DNA of 64,000 bases, from the NCBI GenBank assembly GCA_051530055.1, contig CM121341.1, positions 15,292,784 to 15,356,783 on the forward strand, in the 5' to 3' direction. Shown in pieces: positions 36,195 through 48,353 of this stretch. Numbering within the stretch: position 1 is the first letter of the stretch; each line of letters starts with the position of its first letter. A model generated the notes under the pieces. That model did not search any database. It had not been told where the DNA came from and was given only the letters and a program-made list of their open reading frames with translations. The DNA comes from Neoechinorhynchus agilis (taxonomy: Eukaryota > Animalia > Acanthocephala). Made by a program: the position numbers and the translations under genes.

Positions 36195-38054
36195 ATGACG
36201 TTCGAACACGCAATTCCACATTTAATGCCTCATCTTACTCTGGACTTTGAACTAATGGAAGCCAGTCAACAGCTAGAAGATAGTAGACGAATCCGCAACC
36301 AATGTGATCGTCGAATCGTTTTCGGTTCTCTCGAACTCGTCCCAACAACACCTCAATGTCCGTATCCAGCGGAGTATTCTCATCTTGCTCGAATCTACGT
36401 TTGTCAGTATTGCTTCGCGTATCACGCTTCAATTCGGTCTCATTATCGTCACATGGAGTATTGCAATCATCGAAACCATTGTCCGCCTGGGAAAAGAGTC
36501 TATTTGACCAATGATGTAGCGATCTACGAATTGGACGGTCGTACCGAACACGATTACTGTCAGGACTTGTGCCTACTTGCCCGGTGTTTCATTGAAACCA
36601 AGTGTTTATGGCACGATTTGGATTCGTTCGCATTTTATCTCCTATTCAAAAAAATAGGTAGACAACACAATTTTGTCGGATACTTTACCAAACTCAAGAT
36701 TAAATCCGATCGTAGCCATAATCTCAATTGTCTCATGGTAATGCCACATTATCAAAAACAAGGACATGGAACGTTTTTGGTCGATTTCAGCTATCTGCTA
36801 AGTATAATGGAGAATGTACCAGGCACGCCCGAAAAACCATTGTCTCCTCTCGCTGTGATTCTATACAACGGATACTGGCGAAAAGCCATTGAGCAGTTTG
36901 TTTACGATCGTACGAAAAAGGGATCACTGAATGTTCGGATCAAAGAAATCTGTGATAGTACGGGTATTTTGGCACAGGACGTAGTAGATACTTTGAAAAC
37001 GACTGATCTTCTTTCAAATACTAATTTAATCCGGGTCCGAATGGGGTTTTGTGAACTTAGACGACTATGTCTACCGACGATGAATCCGCAATGTCTAATT
37101 GCGAATTGGACACCATGGACACGACGGACCGAGGTTCACAATGTAGTTCGATTTCCACTGGAGCGAAATGAGGTGGAGAGTGTTGAAGACAAAAATGCAT
37201 CCATTGAAGAAGCCGTGATGATAGAACACGATAAAGGAATTGAGAAGAGTAAAGTGGAAGAAGTTAATGAGGCCGAAGAACGGCCAGAGACAGTGACGGA
37301 AGTGAATGTAGACATGGAATTATCGACGGAAACTAGTTCTCCTGTACGTAAGCGAGTTTCTAGTGGGAGCAGCAATACCAATCCCAAGCTGACGAAACTA
37401 GAACAGTTCTCGACTGAAGTGGCTAGTGTGGAAGTGCAAACGATCGTTTCCCCGATGCCGATTTCGACAGAACCGCCACCGTCACCACATCAATTCCAAA
37501 GAGGAGCGGATGTAATGGGTCTCGCTAGTCCAATGCCACAAATTATCCCTCCAGTTGTCCGTCCAGTGTTACCAACACACGCCATCTACCCACCCAACCA
37601 ACCAATGCAACATTCGCCGGCTCAACATATGATGATGTCACCCGTTCAACCTCTCCATTCGCCCTTGTACCACCATCCAATGTACATGAATCAGGCCTTT
37701 TATGAACAACAGTATCAACAACAGCAATACGCTTCCCATCTCGTAATGGCGTCCTATCGCCAACCGGCCTTTTATCTCCATAATCAATCACACATTGAAC
37801 AACGACAACAACCGCAACCACAACAGCTTGTTCCATACAACGTTTACGTTCCACAACATCCTCAACCGCAGTATTATAATAGTCAAGGTGCGGTGTATCC
37901 GAATGGCCAACAGCATATTCCGTATCCGACAAACAGTGGCAATATGTATCCAGCAAGTCAACAAACAATGGGCGGTGGGAGTACCAGTGGCGGAAGTGCA
38001 TACTCACCGCATCCGAGTCAACAACCTTCGCAACCTCCTAGCAATTTCCAATGA
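36195..38054 (+). CDS. MYST-family histone acetyltransferase with a P/Q-rich C-terminus (KAT6-like architecture)
   Basis: C2HC finger IYVCQYC...H...C, PPGKRVY, CLLARCF, VGYFTK, NLNCLMVMPHYQKQGHG and GTPEKPLS. Confidence 0.88.
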   Translation: MTFEHAIPHLMPHLTLDFELMEASQQLEDSRRIRNQCDRRIVFGSLELVPTTPQCPYPAEYSHLARIYVCQYCFAYHASIRSHYRHMEYCNHRNHCPPGKRVYLTNDVAIYELDGRTEHDYCQDLCLLARCFIETKCLWHDLDSFAFYLLFKKIGRQHNFVGYFTKLKIKSDRSHNLNCLMVMPHYQKQGHGTFLVDFSYLLSIMENVPGTPEKPLSPLAVILYNGYWRKAIEQFVYDRTKKGSLNVRIKEICDSTGILAQDVVDTLKTTDLLSNTNLIRVRMGFCELRRLCLPTMNPQCLIANWTPWTRRTEVHNVVRFPLERNEVESVEDKNASIEEAVMIEHDKGIEKSKVEEVNEAEERPETVTEVNVDMELSTETSSPVRKRVSSGSSNTNPKLTKLEQFSTEVASVEVQTIVSPMPISTEPPPSPHQFQRGADVMGLASPMPQIIPPVVRPVLPTHAIYPPNQPMQHSPAQHMMMSPVQPLHSPLYHHPMYMNQAFYEQQYQQQQYASHLVMASYRQPAFYLHNQSHIEQRQQPQPQQLVPYNVYVPQHPQPQYYNSQGAVYPNGQQHIPYPTNSGNMYPASQQTMGGGSTSGGSAYSPHPSQQPSQPPSNFQ

Positions 38055-38186
38055 AAAAAGAAAAAGGCTCGCACTTCATAAAGTGGCGTAAATGATGTGC
38101 GTGGATGTAAAAACGATGTAAAGAAAAACTATCAAGTACGGTTTTGTGAGAGGATTATATTCATAACGGGTGGTGGTTAGATTTGT

Positions 38187-38210
38187 GTTGTTGTTGTTGT
38201 TGTTGTTGTT
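38187..38210. repeat. (GTT)8 microsatellite
   Basis: Directly visible just before the satellite array. Confidence 0.9.
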
Positions 38211-38238
38211 TGGGTCGTTTGTCGACACCTGACAGGAG

Positions 38239-41200
38239 GGATCACGTTAAATAGACGAATGAATATATTTCGATTGATTTAATAAGTCATTGCGAAGTTG
38301 CGACATAATGAGAACTGATTAGCGGCTGCTCCCATAAACTTCACTCGATTACGTCCGTCGTAAAATTGTATCTCTTTTTATTAGAAACATATTTGAATAG
38401 AAACCACTTTGTTTTTTTGTCGTTAGTCCCGATGATTTTTACAGCGAATAACGTATCATTATTGAGTCTTTTTCTAGCATCTTCTTCGTAAATTGTTGTA
38501 AACTTTCTAGAGGTCATTATTACTTCTTGCTCTTCGGAAAGGGAACAGGCATCGCAACTACGATGTCAACTAAAAACATGGGCTTGAGATCACGTTAAAT
38601 AGACGAATGAATATATTTCGATTGATTTAATAAGTCATTGCGAAGTTGCGACATAATGAGAACTAATTAGCGGCTGCTGCCATAAACGTCACTCGATTAC
38701 GTCCGTCGTAAAATCGTTTCTCTTTTTATTAGAGACATATTTGAATAGAAACCACTTTGTTTTCTTAATATTTCTGGAGGCCAATATTACTTCTTGCTCT
38801 TCGGAAAGGGAACACGCATCGCAACTACGATCTTCACTCAAAACATGGACCCGAGATCACGTAAAATTGACGAATGAATATATTTCGATTGATTTAATAA
38901 GTCATTGCTAAGTTGCGACATAATGAGAACTGATTACGGCTTCTGCCATAAACGTCACTCGATTACGTCCGTCGTAAAATTGTATCTCTTTTTATTAGAA
39001 ACATATTTGAATAGAAACCACTTTGTTTTTTTGTCGTAAGTCCCGATGATTTTTACAGCGAATAACGTATCATTATTGAGTCTTTTTCTAGCATCTTCTT
39101 CGTAAATTGTTGTAAACTTTCTAGAGGTCATTATTACTTCTTGCTCTTCGGAAAGGGAACACGCATCGCAACTACGATCTTCACTCAAAACATGGACCCG
39201 AGATCACGGTAAATAGACGAATGAATATATTTCGTTTGATTTTATAATTCATTGCGAAGTTGCGACATAATGAGAACTGATTAGCGGCTGGTGCCATAAA
39301 CGTCACTCGATTACGTCCGTCGTAAAATCGTTTCTCTTTTTATTAAAAACATATTTGAATAGAAACCACTTTGTTTTTTTGTATTAAGTCCCAATGATTT
39401 CTGCAGCGAATTACGTATCATTATTGAGTCTTTTTCTAGTATCTTCTTCGTAAATTGTTTTAAAATTTCCGGAGGCCAATATTACTTCTTGCTCTTCGGA
39501 AAGGGAACAGGCATCGCAACTACGATCTTTACTCAATACATGGACCGGAGATCACGTTAAATAGACGAATGAATATATTTCGATTGATTAAATAAGTCAT
39601 TGCGAAGTTGCGACATAATGAGATCTGATTAGCGGCTGCTCTGATAAACTTCACTCGATTGCGTCCGTCGTAAAATTGTTTCTCTTTTTATTAGAAAAAT
39701 ATTTGAATAGAAACTACCTTGTTTTTTTGTCGTAAGTCCCGATGATTTTTACAGCGAATTACATATCTTTATTTAGTCTTTTTCTAGTATCTTCTTCGTA
39801 AATTGTTGTAAAATTTCTGGAGGTCAATATTACCTCTTGCTCTTCGGCAAGGGAACAGGCATCGCAACTACGATCATCACTCAAAACATTTACCCGAGAT
39901 CACGGTAAATAGACGAACGAATATATTTCGTTTGATTTTATAATTCATTGCGAAGTTGCGACATAATGAGAACTGATTAGCGGCTGCTGCCATAAACGTC
40001 AATCGATTACGTCCGTCGTAAAATTGTTTCTCTTTTTATTAGAAACATATTTGAATAGAAATCACTTTTTTTGTCATAAGTCCCGATGATTTTTACAGCG
40101 AATTACGTATCATTATTGAGTCTTTTTCTAGTATCTTCTTCGTAAATTGTTGTAAAATTTCTGGAGGTCAATATTACTTCTTGCTCTTCGGAAAAGAAAC
40201 AGGCATCGCAACTACGATCATCACTCAAAACATGGACCCGAGATCACGTTAAATAGACGAATGAATATATTTCGATTGATTTAATAAGTCATTGCTAAGT
40301 TGCGACATAATGAGAACTGATTAGCGGCCGCTGCCATAAACGTCACTCGATTACGTCCGTCGTAAAATCGTTTCTCTTTTTATTAGAAACATATTTGAAT
40401 AGAAACCACTTTGCTTTTTTGTCGTAAGTCCCGATGATTTTTACAGCGAATTACGTATCATTATTGAGTCTTTTTCTAGTATCTTCTTCGTAAATTGTTT
40501 TAAAATTTCTGGAGGCCAATATTACTTCTTGCTCTTCGGAAAGGGAACAGGCATCGCAACTACGATCTTCACTAAAAACATGGACCCGAGATCACGTTAA
40601 ATAGACGAATGAATATATTTCGATTGATTTAATAAGTCATTGCGAAGTTGCGACATAATGAGAACTGATTAGCGGCTGCTCCCATAAACTTCACTCGATT
40701 ACGTCCGTCGTAAAATCGTTTCTCTTTTTATTAGAAACATATTTGAATAGAAACCACTTTGTTTTTTTGTCGTTAGTCCCGATGATTTTTACAGCGAATT
40801 ACGTATCATTATTGAGTCTTTTTCTAGTATCTTCTTCGTAAATCGTTGCAAAATTTCTGGAGGCCAATATTACTTCTTGCTCTTCGGAAAGGGAACAGGC
40901 ATCGCAACTACGATCTTCACTCAAAACATGGACCCGAGATCACGTAAAATAGACGAATGAATATATTTTGATTGATTTAATAAGTCATTGCGAAGTTGCG
41001 ACATAATGAGAACTGATTAGCGGCTTCTGCCATAAACTTCACTCGATTACGTCCGTCGTAAAATCGTTTCCCTTTTTATTAGAAACATATTTGAATAGAA
41101 ACCACTTTGTTTTTTTGTCGTAAGTCCCGATGATTTTTACAGCGAATTACGTATCATTATTGAGTCTTTTTCTAGTATCTTCTTCGTAAATTGTTGTAAA

Positions 41201-43344
41201 ATTTCTGGAGGCCAATATTACTTCTTGCTCTTCGGAAAGGGAACAGGCATCGCAACTACGATCTTCACTCAAAACATGGACCCGAGATCACGTTAAATAG
41301 ACGAATGAATATATTTCGATTGATTTAATAAGTCATTGCGAAGTTGCGACATAATGAGAACTGATTAGCGGCTGCTGCCATAAACTTCACTCGATTACGT
41401 CCGTCGTAAAATCGTTTCTCTTTTTATTAGAAACATATTTGAATAGAAACCACTTTGTTTTTTTGTCGTAAGTCCCGATGATTTTTACAGCGAATTACGT
41501 ATCATTATTGAGTCTTTTTCTAGTATCTTCTTCGTAAATTGTTGTAAAATTTCTGGAGGCCAATATTACTTCTTGCTCTTCGGAAAGGGAACAGGCATCG
41601 CAACTACGATCTTCACTCAAAACATGGACCCGAGATCACGTTAAATAGACGAATGAATATATTTCGATTGATTTAATAAGTCATTGCGAAGTTGCGACAT
41701 AATGAGAACTGATTAGCGGCTGCCATAAACTTCACTCGATTACGTCCGTCGTAAAATCGTTTCTCTTTTTATTAGAAACATATTTGAATAGAAACCACTT
41801 TGTTTTTTTGTCGTAAGTCCCGATGATTTTTACAGCGAATAACGTATCATTATTGAGTCTTTTTCTAGTATCTTCTTCGTAAATTGTTGTAAAATTTCTG
41901 GAGGCCAATATTACTTCTTGCTCTTCGGAAAGGGAACAGGCATCGCAACTACGATCTTCACTCAAAACATGGACCCGAGATCACGTTAAATAGACGAATG
42001 AATATATTTCGATTGATTTAATAAGTCATTGCGAAGTTGCGACATAATGAGAACTGATTAGCGGCTTCTGCCATAAACTTCACTCGATTACGTCCGTCGT
42101 AAAATCGTTTCTCTTTTTATTAGAAACATATTTGAATAGAAACCACTTTGTTTTTTTGTCGTAAGTCCCGATGATTTTTACAGCGAATAACGTATCATTA
42201 TTGAGTCTTTTTCTAGTATCTTCTTCGTAAATCGTTGCAAAATTTCTGGAGGCCAATATTACTTCTTGCTCTTCGGAAAGGGAACAGGCATCGCAACTAC
42301 GATGTCAACTAAAAACATGGGCTTGAGATCACGTTAAATAGACGAATGAATATATTTCGATTGATTTAATAAGTCATTGCGAAGTTGCGACATAATGAGA
42401 ACTAATTAGCGGCTGCTGCCATAAACGTCACTCGATTACGTCCGTCGTAAAATCGTTTCTCTTTTTATTAGAGACATATTTGAATAGAAACCACTTTGTT
42501 TTCTTAATATTTCTGGAGGCCAATATTACTTCTTGCTCTTCGGAAAGGGAACAGGCATCGCAACTACGATCTTCACTCAAAACATTGACCCGAAATCACG
42601 TTAAATAGACGAATGAAGATATTTCGATTATTTAATAAGTCAATGCGAAGTTGCGACACAATGAGAACTGATTAGCGGCTGGTGCCATAAACGTCACTCG
42701 ATTACGTCCGTCGTAAAATCGTTTCTCTTTTTATTAGAAACATATTTGAATAGAAACCACTTTGTTTTTTAGTCGTAAGTCCCGATGATTTTTACAGGGA
42801 ATTACGTATCATTATTGAGTCTTTTTCTAGTATCTTCTTCGTAAATTGTTGTAAAATTTCTGGAGGCCAATATTACTTCTTGCTCTTCGGAAAGGGAACA
42901 GGCATCGCAACTACGATCTTCACTCAAAACATGGACCCGAGATCACGTTAAATAGACGAATGAATATATTTTGATTGATTTAAAAAGCCATTGCGAAGTT
43001 GCGACATAATGAGAACTGATTAGCGGCTGCTGCCATAAACGTCACTCTATTACGTCCGTCGTAAAATCGTTTTTCTTTTTATAAGAAAAATATTTAAATA
43101 GAAACCACTTTGTTTTTTTGTATAAGGTCCCGATGATTTTTACAGCGAATTACGTATCATTATTGAGTCTTTTTCTAGTATCTTCTTCGTAAATTGTTGT
43201 AAAATTTCTGGAGGTCAATATTACTTGCTCTTCGGAAAGGGAACAGGCATGGCAACTACGATTTTCACTAAAAACATGGACCCGAGATCACGTTAAATAG
43301 ACGAATGAATATATTTTGATTGATTTAATAAGTCATTGCGAAGC
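38239..43344. repeat. Tandem satellite, 348-bp unit, about 15 copies
   Basis: The GAGATCACG anchor recurs at 40588, 40936, 41284, 41632, 41977 and 42325; two units carry the same internal deletion. Confidence 0.97.
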
Positions 43345-43803
43345 AATTTAGTTGATAACATGACTGATTCAACCGGTCGAAATATATAAATTCGTCTATA
43401 TAACGAGACCCTTCTTCTTAGATATGTCGACAAGGGACCTAAACAACAATATGTCTTAGTAGGATTTTAAAAAAGGGAAAATATCGAAGTGCAATCACGT
43501 CGAAATTCGGCAAATTCTTTTTTAATATATCAATACTAAAATGACAGATCAAAAGTGGGAATCCGCCTCAAAGCTCCACCGCGTCGGAGACATGAATAAA
43601 CACTTCGGTTAATTCTACTAAGAAGGTCTTTATGAAGCACCACAACAAATGTAAAAATTGCTATCTCCCGAACAATGTATGGTATCGACACACGGCTGAT
43701 TTGTGAAATATAGATCCAAAATGATGTGGTAATTTGTTAGGTAAAATTTTGAGTTGAGCGTATCAAAGACAACAACGTATATTTTCGTTTAAGCCGCTTT
43801 CAT

Positions 43804-44529
43804 TTAGCCTAGCATATGAACTTGTCCATCTTTTGTGCCAATAAGCAGAAGACAGAATCCATCTATGATCATACTGGCGCATTGCCTAAATTGAAGAGGA
43901 AGACGTCGTCGATACATTGAACCTGCCGAATTCGAAAGATGAGTTGAATACACAAGTAGATCGCAGGACTCTGTCAGCATGAATAAACGATGATATTTGT
44001 CAAAGAACGAAGCGATAACGGATCCAATTGAAGTGGAAGCCTGTAGTAATTTGAATTTGGTATCAGTTACTATGAATCCTTTGCTCGTGGTGATATAGAA
44101 TTTTTCGCTGTCGGCATGAATTTGTCGGAATTCTCCGTAGTTGTTGCCTTTTCCAATATCCTGATATCGATGCCTTGGGAAAAATTGACTGTTCATCTGG
44201 ATAATGGCGCCTTCACGCAACCCCACGTAGTAATGGTTATTGTAATAAACAATTCCTGTCGGACGCTCAACATACGCATTCCTTATGGATTGAGTTAATT
44301 CAAGATCTTTTGAGTAAATGTATATTCCATCTTTTTGATGGCCAAGGAGAAAAGCATTGCCGCTTGCATTGTGATAACCTGTAACGAAGATGCTATCTGG
44401 ACTTTGTCGTGGTTCTTGTTTCAATGCGAACATTACATCGAAGATATGAGCATTGGGCAATCCTTCGACTATTGCCGTGGATTTTATTTTATTAGAACAG
44501 AGATAAGGTTCAAATCTATAAAGTTTCAA
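43804..44529 (-). CDS. Unknown beta-propeller-like (NHL/WD-type) protein; 5' exons unresolved
   Basis: 241-codon ORF with short beta-strand-like repeats (GIYIY, RPTGIV, LLIGTKDGQV). Fold is inferred; no specific family recognised. Confidence 0.55.
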   Translation of the reverse strand: MKLYRFEPYLCSNKIKSTAIVEGLPNAHIFDVMFALKQEPRQSPDSIFVTGYHNASGNAFLLGHQKDGIYIYSKDLELTQSIRNAYVERPTGIVYYNNHYYVGLREGAIIQMNSQFFPRHRYQDIGKGNNYGEFRQIHADSEKFYITTSKGFIVTDTKFKLLQASTSIGSVIASFFDKYHRLFMLTESCDLLVYSTHLSNSAGSMYRRRLPLQFRQCASMIIDGFCLLLIGTKDGQVHMLG

Positions 44530-45869
44530 ATTTATTTGTCGTTCCTTAAAACTTTAAAAGATCGACAAAACGATTGCATATTTTAAAGGTTCTATAAACA
44601 CTTTTTAATACATCAAAGTAAAAAGCATAGATAAATCGGCCATAAGCTTCCATTTTTGTGTTTTCACTATCTAAGGACAAATGGATGAAAATGTAAAACT
44701 TAATGAAGTAAAAGCCGCATAGTGGGTCCGTGCGAACGCCTTTTGACCACCAAACAAGATAAAGATCACGGCTGATATACTGTCATAATACGTCTGGGAT
44801 TTAATTGATGCATCCATAAAATCGATCTCGGCACTCGGATAGTGCGTCTCACATTAATATTGTCCAAATCGTTTAAATTGAATTCCTAGCATAAACAGGA
44901 ATGAGAACTATTGAAGATGCCGATTCCCCCTCCCGCTCACCACTGACCTCTAAGCAACGTATCCTCGAAGCTAAAATAAAAAAATTGTCATTATATTCGT
45001 TTTTGTCAAATAAGGCACATACCGAAAGGAGAGTATCCTTCTGTCTGTTTAACTGATTGAATTTGACTTAGAAAAACGATCAGCACTGTTATCATATTGA
45101 TAAGAGCCGAGGTTTATGAAATAGACTACACGTTTAACGAATCCTTACCGTTTTCTCTTCAGATAAATCACTTTAACTTTCAAGGCAGCAGGTGGTTTTA
45201 GACGGATTAGTTCGAATAAAATGAGTCGACCTTAAAATATTTCATTAGGGAAATAAAATGTCCTAGTTATACTTACGAACTCATGGCTTTTAAAGAATCA
45301 TGCATTGGGAATCAGAAAAGTTAAAAAAATTAAAATTCGTCACCGCCATTAATACCGAAACTTTAGCGGGATTACCTAAAAATTTGAAGAAGAGAAAATG
45401 ATAATAATAGAAAAATTGAGAAATAATGATAATTGCGAAAAGGGACTGGCATCGAAGAATGTGAATTGAAAATAATACTAAAAAGCGACAAATCGAAATG
45501 ACGAAATTCGTTAAGAGGACATTGAAAAGAAAACAAAATGGCGGTAGAAGAGGGAGATAATGTTGAAGGATTTAAATATTTCTAAAATATGAGATAATTG
45601 TGATAAACACGTGAAATCAGAGCGTAAGTTAAAACAATAGAATTTAAAGTGTTGATTTGTGAGAGCCGCATAGTAGGTTGCGCAAGGGAATTGAAAACAG
45701 GAGGGGAAATAAATGGTGAAAACCTCAAGTATAGAGTCGAGCCTTTTTATAAATGTTTAGTGCATTTTCAGCGTGGTTAATTTGTTTTTCTAAGTAAAAG
45801 ATAGTCGGGTTTTTTTCAGGAGATATGTTCAAAAACGATTACGTAGATTCTCATTTACTATTTTCTTAT

Positions 45870-46760
45870 TTACCAATCGTCCCTGGTAACACATGCGTCA
45901 ATGATATACTTGCTTGCGCTTTCATCATGGAAAATCTGATTGATTTCATAGGCAAGAGAAGCGTCAAAAGCCTTCATGATCGTGGTATCGATGATCTTCA
46001 TTTCATTTTTAGCCAATAGCTTTACGCACTCACTAACTCTATTGACGGCCATTCGCTGTTCAGTGCTGATAGCACTCATATCCTGGGCATATCCCCCGGT
46101 TACATTCTCCTCCGTACTTTTCTCAGCGGCCACCATCTTTCGGCGACTGGATGGAGATACCCACACGCATCCATTGAGACCCAAGATAAGATCGACTTCA
46201 CAAGTGAACAAAGTCACAAAATGGGTTTTGGTCCGAATAATCAAATGGCAAGGCACTGTGGTCAACACACCTTGTCCCAGCTTTCCATACTTCATCGATC
46301 GCGTATGAAGTGTAAAGGATCCATCTTGGTTCTGGTTATAGATTTCAGCCGATAACAAATCCCCTTCTTTTAAATAATTCCTCATCAATCGTTCTTCGGC
46401 TACATCGCCGAATCGACGACGTAACTCTCCTCCAGGCAGATTCACACTCGTGAATGGAAGTATGGCGTTCATTGCGCCATTGATGTCCACTCGCCATTTC
46501 TTACGAGATACTTCACTAACTCGACCAATCACGACGTCGCCGATCTCAGCACTATAATGAGAACTAATGCCATCGACTTGGACGAGTCGGTTCATTCGCT
46601 TAACTATTCCGATCATTGAAGCACGAACAACGTCGTCCGAATCCACGTAGGATCCACGACCACGCATGAATTCCGAACGATCCGGTGCCAGAATTTCACC
46701 TGGAGAAACTACCGTCTTCATAATCTCAGAAACCATTGCATTGTCATCCGTTTCAGCCAT
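45870..46760 (-). CDS. EXOSC2: Exosome complex component RRP4, single exon
   Basis: VVSPGE, FMRGRG, YSAEIGDVVIGRV, WRVDIN, VNLPGGELRRR, LHTRSMKYGKLGQG and LILGLNGCVWV. Confidence 0.93.
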   Translation of the reverse strand: MAETDDNAMVSEIMKTVVSPGEILAPDRSEFMRGRGSYVDSDDVVRASMIGIVKRMNRLVQVDGISSHYSAEIGDVVIGRVSEVSRKKWRVDINGAMNAILPFTSVNLPGGELRRRFGDVAEERLMRNYLKEGDLLSAEIYNQNQDGSFTLHTRSMKYGKLGQGVLTTVPCHLIIRTKTHFVTLFTCEVDLILGLNGCVWVSPSSRRKMVAAEKSTEENVTGGYAQDMSAISTEQRMAVNRVSECVKLLAKNEMKIIDTTIMKAFDASLAYEINQIFHDESASKYIIDACVTRDDW

Positions 46761-46833
46761 CTACGAGATTGAAGCCATTTAAGGCGGATTAAAAAGTGAA
46801 GATGTGGAAACTGGATCGGAAACTGAACTCATT

Positions 46834-48353
46834 ATGTCTATTCGTATTTTCGATCAGGACCGAATAAATCCGGAAAATGGTACCAGCGAGGTTAATCTGT
46901 GTGGATTTTTGATTTATCCATGAGAAAAAAATAGTACAGAAAAGACCGAAAAGTTTAGAATTTTTCATTTTTTCATCTATGTTTTAGACAAATGAGTACA
47001 TTGATTCGTAGTTTAAAATATTACTACCAAATGATGCCATTTTAATATTCATAAAATCAACTTGCAATGGCGAAACACCATGGTCCTTCTATTTCATCGA
47101 GCATCCAGTAAAATGTCTTTCGTTTTTCTTGTAATCTCCAGTTCTTAACTCATAAATGCCATAAAATCGTCAAGATCCGTTATGGTATTTCCGTAGTATT
47201 GCTAAAAAAATTCTGGTACAACGTAGAATTTTTATTGGCAAAAAAGGAATGTCGCTCGAATACTCTCAAAATTGGTCATCATAAACTACCAAAAGAAAAT
47301 GAACTCTTTTTATCTAATCCAGCGATCGCTAGAGTCGGCGGATCAAATTGCTGAAATCATACCAGAAGATCCTTCGGGATAGTAAACATTAGAGGGTGGT
47401 GTTGTTATGAAATATTTCGATTGAGGAAACCTCGCCTGCGAAATATATTATAACAATAGAATCTTTAATGTGGGGGATTATGTTCACCACCCTCTAATAG
47501 CAGAAATGTTTTAGATTCCTGAGAAATGGTTTCGGATCAAGTTATCTACTGGGTCTTCCAGGCTGATTTGATACGCGTTCAATGTATATTGCGTTGAAAA
47601 ATGCTATCCAGTCGCAAAAACAAAAAGCGTTATTATCCCCAACCGAAATACTTCTAAAGGTAGCGTTCACTCTCAACAATGGGAATGTGCTTGAATCGAC
47701 AAGATTTGAACTCTTTATACCGGGACGAAAACCACACGGCCTTAAAAGCAGCCACTAATGCCGAGAAGGCTTGGTGTTTTTTTGAATCAAGAAGGAATTC
47801 GCAAATGACGGGTTCGAGTAATGACCTGGACACCTTTGTTGAGGTAGTTTCTAAAGAATTGCCTTTTCGAGAGGCAAAAATCGTCGAAATTGGATTGAAT
47901 AAACATAGAAGTGTACAAAGTGAGCCGGAATCCATGTCCGGTTACAGTTTATTGAACCAAGTTTCGTTTAAATTGGACACAGGTAGTCCCAAAATATTTA
48001 AATGGCCGGTTGCTTGCTGTATAGGTTATCCGAAATTATTGGGCGATGCATTAGACGATAAAAAGGAATGCGTCGAAGACTGGTTCGTTCTCGATCAGGA
48101 TGTACTCGAGGAGTCTTCTTATTGTTCATTCAGTTGGAGACCATTATATGACCTCGGTATACAAGGAGAACCCCAATCGGAATGTCTCGTTGACGTCAAT
48201 GACGATCACGAATACGGACCGGTTTCGTTCGGTGGACATTTCCCAACAAACGATCAAGCGAAAGCAAGGAATAGACTAGTAGATGAAATCGAACCAATTT
48301 ATACCACTCCCTTCGATCGATATTCGATGGACTATCGAGTTACGAAGTTGTGA
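46834..48353 (+). CDS. Unknown multi-exon gene; 3' exon 47679-48353 is the best supported part
   Basis: 224-codon ORF with protein-like composition and upstream splice-like signals; the start at 46834 is a guess. A 132-nt hairpin element lies at 47380-47514. Confidence 0.45.

Noticed and set aside
38239-43344. Regular array considered as a CRISPR-like locus
   Set aside because: Whole 348-bp units repeat with no unique spacers, and there are no cas-like genes; it is a eukaryotic satellite.
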